A stretch of 64,000 nucleotides of DNA from positions 186,001-250,000 of the forward strand of contig OW569365.1 in assembly GCA_937625935.1 (NCBI GenBank), in the 5' to 3' direction. A model generated the notes under the pieces. The model saw only the letters and a list, made by a program, of their open reading frames with translations. It did not search any database and was not told the DNA's origin. Below are positions 59,751 through 64,000 of this stretch, one piece after another (positions within the stretch are counted from its first letter, which is position 1; each line of letters opens with the position of its first letter). This stretch comes from Tetramitus jugosus (taxonomy: Eukaryota > Protista > Heterolobosea). The position numbers and the translations under genes are program-made.

Positions 59751-61664
59751 ATGCCACGAGGCGTGCCTAAGGACGGTAAGAGAAAGAGAAAGAGAGAGAC
59801 TGTCAAAAAGAATGAATACTCATCACATTACGTGGTCAAGGTCGGTCTGAAGTCTCTGTTGTTGCATCATCCAACTCTGTTACCAATCATACAAACTCAA
59901 GCTCTGGAGATTACAAGGATTGCTCTTCGACTCACAAGATTTATAAACATATTTGTTTTGAGGCACTTGGAGAACAATTGTGATATCCCTCTCTTGAATC
60001 AAGGATTTATTCAACGAATCGGTTCAGTGTTGTTTGGACGCAAGTCGAAGACAAGAGACGATAATGTCAACCTCATCAACGGGTCAGTCAACATGGATGA
60101 CGTAATAATCAAGCTAAGGAAGATTTGTGAGAAGTTATCCAAATCCATCAATTACGTTGCCAAGTCTCTCAATGTCAATATTTCTAACATGCTCAAGTTC
60201 ACATTGGAACAAAGACTGAGAAAGTACTTGAGAGTGAGGATGGCTCAATTGCACAATGGTCAATCAATCCCCAGGTCTGAATACAGAAGAGTAGTAGAAT
60301 ACATCATCAGAAAGTTGACATTTGTCACTCCAGTTTATGATTTTGTCAAACTGCCTCCAAAAGAGTTGATAGAGACTATTCCTGTGTTGATCCAAGAGGT
60401 TCGAACATTTGTTGGTGCTGAAACCGACGAAGTGGTTGATGAATCGTTTGTGAACAACAACACCAATAACATGCTGAAGTTTTACTGGCATGTTCAACAG
60501 TTTCTGATTGTCAATGGAACAAAATCATTTGCATTGTTGCCCTTGTCCCACTTTAAATGTAGATGCATGGAGATAGGTACAACGGACCTGATAGACATGC
60601 TCCAACAGAAGAAGAAGGGAAATGTACAAGTAATTGAACCCATTGAATTGAAGTATAATCTCAAGTGTTTGAATGTTGGAACAAAGAAGATTCAAATCGA
60701 CTCAATCAGAACAGACGGTATTCAGGCCTCTGTTGTTCTCAGACATCAACTCGTTGGCATCCACAAGAACAATAAGGCAAAGGTATCCAAGGGCCAGAAA
60801 GAAGCAAAGAAGATGAAGAAAGAAGCAACTATTGTTGATCAAAATGCAGATTACTTGATTGGTATCGATCCTGGTATTGTCACATTGATGAGTTGTGCAG
60901 ATTCAGATGGTAAAAAGTGGGAGTTCTCCAATAAGGCATACAGACGACTGTCTCATCATTCACAGAACGCCAAACGTTTGTTGAAATACAAAGCAAAATG
61001 GAACACGAAAACTGGAAAAGATTTAGATGAACTCCATAACTCGATCAAACAAGCCAGTGTATCGACAAGTGATCTGTTTATCGAACACATTGATTCTGTT
61101 TTGAAAGTCGAAGATGACTTGCTTGGTTTTTATTGCACTCCAAAGGTGAAGAGACTGAATTGGGACAGCTATATTATGAGAGACAAAACAATTGCTGGAG
61201 TAATGAATGATTTTCACAAAAGAGCAAATGGAAGAAAGATGGTCATTGGCATGGGCAATGCTGGTTTCAAAAATAGTTACAGAGGACATGCTTCAACGCC
61301 CAAGGGCAAGCTGTTGAAGAAACTGAATGAACGATTTGAAGTGAAAATGATTGACGAATTCATGACCAGCCAAAAATGTTGTGCTTGCCATTCCCATTTG
61401 AAGCCAGTCAAGCACAAACGAATGGACAAGAAAGGTGTATCGGCAATCTCTATTGTACGAGGAGTTAAGCAGTGTGCAACCACTAAATGTTTAGTGACTC
61501 ACAACAGAGACATCAATGCGGCCAAGAACATGCTCCATCTACTGAGAACAGAAATGGATGGACAGTCACGTCCCAATGCCTTCAAGAGGAAGAAAAAGGT
61601 CGCAAAAGAATTAATCAAAATGGTGGAACACCTCCAAGGCTCACTCCATCAAGCTGCTATGTAA
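59751..61664 (+). CDS. Fanzor1-type RNA-guided endonuclease (eukaryotic TnpB relative), 637 aa, intact RuvC
   Basis: VVKVGLKSLL, FALLP, IRTDG; RuvC-I GIDPG (D373); GNAGF..GHASTP; shifted RuvC-II IDEFMTSQKCCAC (E536); C..C; RuvC-III NRDINAAKNM (D587); basic NLS-like KRKRKR and KRKKK. Confidence 0.92.
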   Translation: MPRGVPKDGKRKRKRETVKKNEYSSHYVVKVGLKSLLLHHPTLLPIIQTQALEITRIALRLTRFINIFVLRHLENNCDIPLLNQGFIQRIGSVLFGRKSKTRDDNVNLINGSVNMDDVIIKLRKICEKLSKSINYVAKSLNVNISNMLKFTLEQRLRKYLRVRMAQLHNGQSIPRSEYRRVVEYIIRKLTFVTPVYDFVKLPPKELIETIPVLIQEVRTFVGAETDEVVDESFVNNNTNNMLKFYWHVQQFLIVNGTKSFALLPLSHFKCRCMEIGTTDLIDMLQQKKKGNVQVIEPIELKYNLKCLNVGTKKIQIDSIRTDGIQASVVLRHQLVGIHKNNKAKVSKGQKEAKKMKKEATIVDQNADYLIGIDPGIVTLMSCADSDGKKWEFSNKAYRRLSHHSQNAKRLLKYKAKWNTKTGKDLDELHNSIKQASVSTSDLFIEHIDSVLKVEDDLLGFYCTPKVKRLNWDSYIMRDKTIAGVMNDFHKRANGRKMVIGMGNAGFKNSYRGHASTPKGKLLKKLNERFEVKMIDEFMTSQKCCACHSHLKPVKHKRMDKKGVSAISIVRGVKQCATTKCLVTHNRDINAAKNMLHLLRTEMDGQSRPNAFKRKKKVAKELIKMVEHLQGSLHQAAM

Positions 61665-61773
61665 GTCCCGATTATGTAGGAGCGTTAAGGTGTCTTATCG
61701 GGAAATCATAATTTTTTTATTATGGTTTGATCGACAGTGGACCGCCACCTTAAGGTGACACATTCTTCTTCTT
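61665..61773 (+). ncRNA. Predicted Fanzor omegaRNA: scaffold ~61665-61753 plus guide from flanking DNA (61754-~61773)
   Basis: Stem TCCCGAT/ATCGGGA (61666-72/61697-703); stem AAATCATAAT/ATTATGGTTT (61703-12/61719-28); loop TTAAGGTG (61685-92) complementary to CACCTTAA (61746-53). Confidence 0.7.
61735..61749 (-). repeat. Right terminal inverted repeat
   Basis: CAGTGGACCGCCACC followed by TTAA. Confidence 0.88.
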
Positions 61774-62008
61774 TCACTTGATGAACATGTTCCAAAGCTT
61801 GGTACCGTTTCTCCCACCAGAGGCATTTCCCTTCTTTCTCCCGTTCCAACATAAACAAACGTATATATTCCCTATCCAAAGATAGATACTGTTCTTGCAT
61901 CGTATCATAAATGAGCTTTGCTATCCCTAAAATCACAAATATTGTGATCCACAAAAAAATTGTCAAACCTGATGGAGGATTCTCAGTTGTTTGCAGATCG
62001 GGTACCAT
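61750..62008 (-). pseudogene. 5' part (TM helix and start of coiled coil) of the interrupted RING gene
   Basis: MVPDLQ..LTIFLWITIFVILGIAKLIY..VKEEECVTL joins KKQCSQVNSLLQ, matching the internal repeat EEECITLKKQCSQMNSLLQ. Confidence 0.85.
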
Positions 62009-62097
62009 TTGAAGTTGTTGTTTGATCGAATTTTGAGGGTTCCTTCATCTTTAGCAAAAGAAAACTACGACATGTCACGCAACGATGGATAAAATTT

Positions 62098-64000
62098 TTA
62101 TACTGCTTCAAAGAGTTCTGCCCATTTCTTCTGCAATTCACCAAAGTCATCCACAATCTCCTGAATCTCTTTCACACGTCTCACAATTCTCAATCTCCTT
62201 CCCTTGGCTTTGATGTTGAACTTTTCTTCCCACGTTGATTCACAGTCTCCACTAATCGAGAGCAAATCTTTCACAGTTTCGATGCATTCCTCCTCAAATA
62301 CAGAGAAGATGGTTTCAAGTCCTTCAGGTTTGTCTTCCCCGGCCTCTGAATCCTCAGTTCCATTGGTTGTACTCTCCTTCTTGACAGGAGTAGACACTTC
62401 TGTCCACCACTTGTATTCATTATTCAAATCCAAAATCCAATCTTTGGCCTTTTGCATTGCCTTCTTTGGACAATAATCGAACAGATCGGTATTCTCATCC
62501 AACTTTGGACACACTTCACCAGTATAAATGTTAATGAGATCTTGTGGAGATGGTACTTCCAGATGATGATTAGGTGGGTTGATCAAATGTTCGTCCACCT
62601 TACTCAACAGCTCCTCCAAAACGTCTACTCTCTTGTCAGCAGTACTTGTATAGTATCTTTGCTTGAAAATGTTGAGGAATTGTTTTAACTCCATAAAACT
62701 GATATCTAACTTAGAAACAGACCCAACCAATCTCTTAACAATGACATCAGGCACATCGACAAAATGGAACTTGAATAATCTCTTGACTTCAGCTGGTGTA
62801 ACAAGTTGGAAATCTGCCATAGCAGCCTTCTCGTTGCTCAAGACATCAGTAATTCTGTTTATATCAGCAGAAGCAGACACACCATTCTGAGTAAAGAGTT
62901 GAGTGGAAGGCTTTGCGCCCAAGTCAAGCACTGTCTTAACTCTGTTCTTCTTGAATGCTTGAATTTGTCTTGCAAATCCAAGACGTTTCAACCACTCTTC
63001 AATTGTAACAGCCGAAATGTTACGCTCCTCCAGTGTATATTGTCGAATGCGCTTAATGAATCCATCCTTCACATTCTCAATACTACCTTCAGGATCTCTC
63101 TTGAATCTGCTAAGATGAGAAAGAATTTGAGCCATGGTCAATTGTTCTCCCTCAGTTTCAAGAGCAACACAAAATCGTTCTGCTTGCTCTTCGGTCGCGT
63201 TCTTATAGAAATGAAGGAAAGCTCCCTTCATCTGTTGTCTTGTAGCATAGGTGAACTCTACCTTGACATCGCAACGTCCAGGCCGTATCAATGCAGGATC
63301 CAGACGTTCAATATGATTGGTAGTCATAAAAAGCAGACGACCAGATTCAGGAGCAGCGATACCATCAATAGAATTAAGCAGTCCAGCAAATGTCACAGAT
63401 CTCTTGTTCTTGTTGGCATCCGGTGTGTTTCTATTCGTGAAAACAGCATCAATGTCCTCCAAAAGGATAACACTTCTTGGAGGAGCAGATTGCATTCTCT
63501 GAGCCAATTCTTCATCACCAATCAATCCACTAGACAAATCCAAGACACAGATATTGAGGTTCAATCTCGATGCAAGCGCAGAGACGAAACTGGACTTACC
63601 TATAAAAGTAAAACAACAAGCAACAGGTTAGAGACCAACAACAATACACAACCAAATAGAACAATAAAAAAATTTCAATACATACCTGTACCCGGAAGGC
63701 CATACAGGAGATATCCTCTTCTGAATGGAATTCCCTTTTCTCTGTACCACTCTTTTCTCTTCAAGAACTGAACAGCATCATCTGATAGTTTCTCTGCTAG
63801 ATCCTTGTCCAAGATCACAGATCCAAAAGGTCTCTTATTCTTTGCGAGTGCCAATGTCCAACCACCCCACTGTTGAGCCACATAGATTCTCACAACATCA
63901 CAGCTGTTGGCCATGGTTGACTTCATTGCTTCTTCAAACAAGTCCAATAGAATTTGTCGATTGCTCATCGACTTCATCGTACCAAACATGTTGAGAGACA
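62098..64000 (-). CDS. BCS1-like AAA ATPase with C-terminal SAM-like domains; 5' end outside the window; intron 63600-63685
   Basis: KRPFGSVILD, WYREKGIPFRRGYLLYGLPGTG|KSS, ILLEDIDA, VTFAGLLNSIDG, MTTNHIERLDPALIRPGRCD; TIEEWLKRLGF SAM-like. Confidence 0.85.

Larger units (their letters stand above)
57124..61749. mobile_element. 4,626-bp non-autonomous TIR DNA transposon carrying Fanzor1 and cargo; TTAA (or TA) target-site duplication
   Basis: Left TIR GGTGGCCGTCCACTG (57124-57138) vs right CAGTGGACCGCCACC (61735-61749), 14/15 inverted; TTAA at 57120-57123 and 61750-61753; excision restores the host ORF. Confidence 0.9.

Noticed and set aside
59751-61664. Bacterial TnpB from a contaminant or chimeric contig
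   Set aside because: It has Fanzor1 motifs and NLS-like runs and sits inside a precisely interrupted eukaryotic gene with eukaryotic cargo.
57120-61757. 8-bp target duplication TTAAGGTG (hAT-like)
   Set aside because: TTAAGGTG occurs at both junctions, but this reading leaves asymmetric termini. TTAA or TA gives symmetric TIRs. Not formally excluded without more copies.
61706-62008. Stand-alone 100-aa membrane protein (and stand-alone 244-aa RING ORF at 56368-57102)
   Set aside because: They are two halves of one gene split by the transposon; the last ~14 residues of the 100-aa ORF come from the element end.
1-64000. tRNA or rRNA genes and a DDE transposase
   Set aside because: None recognisable by eye; tRNAscan, Infernal and transposase HMM searches would be needed to exclude them.

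Overview
Gene-dense eukaryotic (protist) DNA with short GT-AG introns. The Naegleria-type EGF repeats, CPI1 and MKT1 suggest a heterolobosean or similar amoeboid/flagellate (inference). Most of the window is housekeeping genes: PDK1-like kinase, CEP164-like, MTG1, NOG1, CMC4, TFB5, NOT2, TGS1, MKT1, CPI1, a Kelch protein and a BCS1-like ATPase. It also holds a ~7000-aa RCC1/EGF surface protein, a very divergent histone H3-fold protein and a divergent HAP2/GCS1-like fusogen. The main find is a 4,626-bp non-autonomous DNA transposon (57124-61749; 15-bp TIRs, TTAA target duplication) that splits a TM-coiled-coil-RING gene. Removing the element restores a 336-aa ORF. The element carries an intact Fanzor1-type RNA-guided nuclease followed by a predicted omegaRNA whose pseudoknot ends exactly at the TTAA, so the guide and TAM can be predicted. 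It also carries an F-box/Zn-finger/chromodomain gene, a 135-bp tandem duplication and a captured VPS35 fragment. All family assignments are by eye from motifs; no searches were run.
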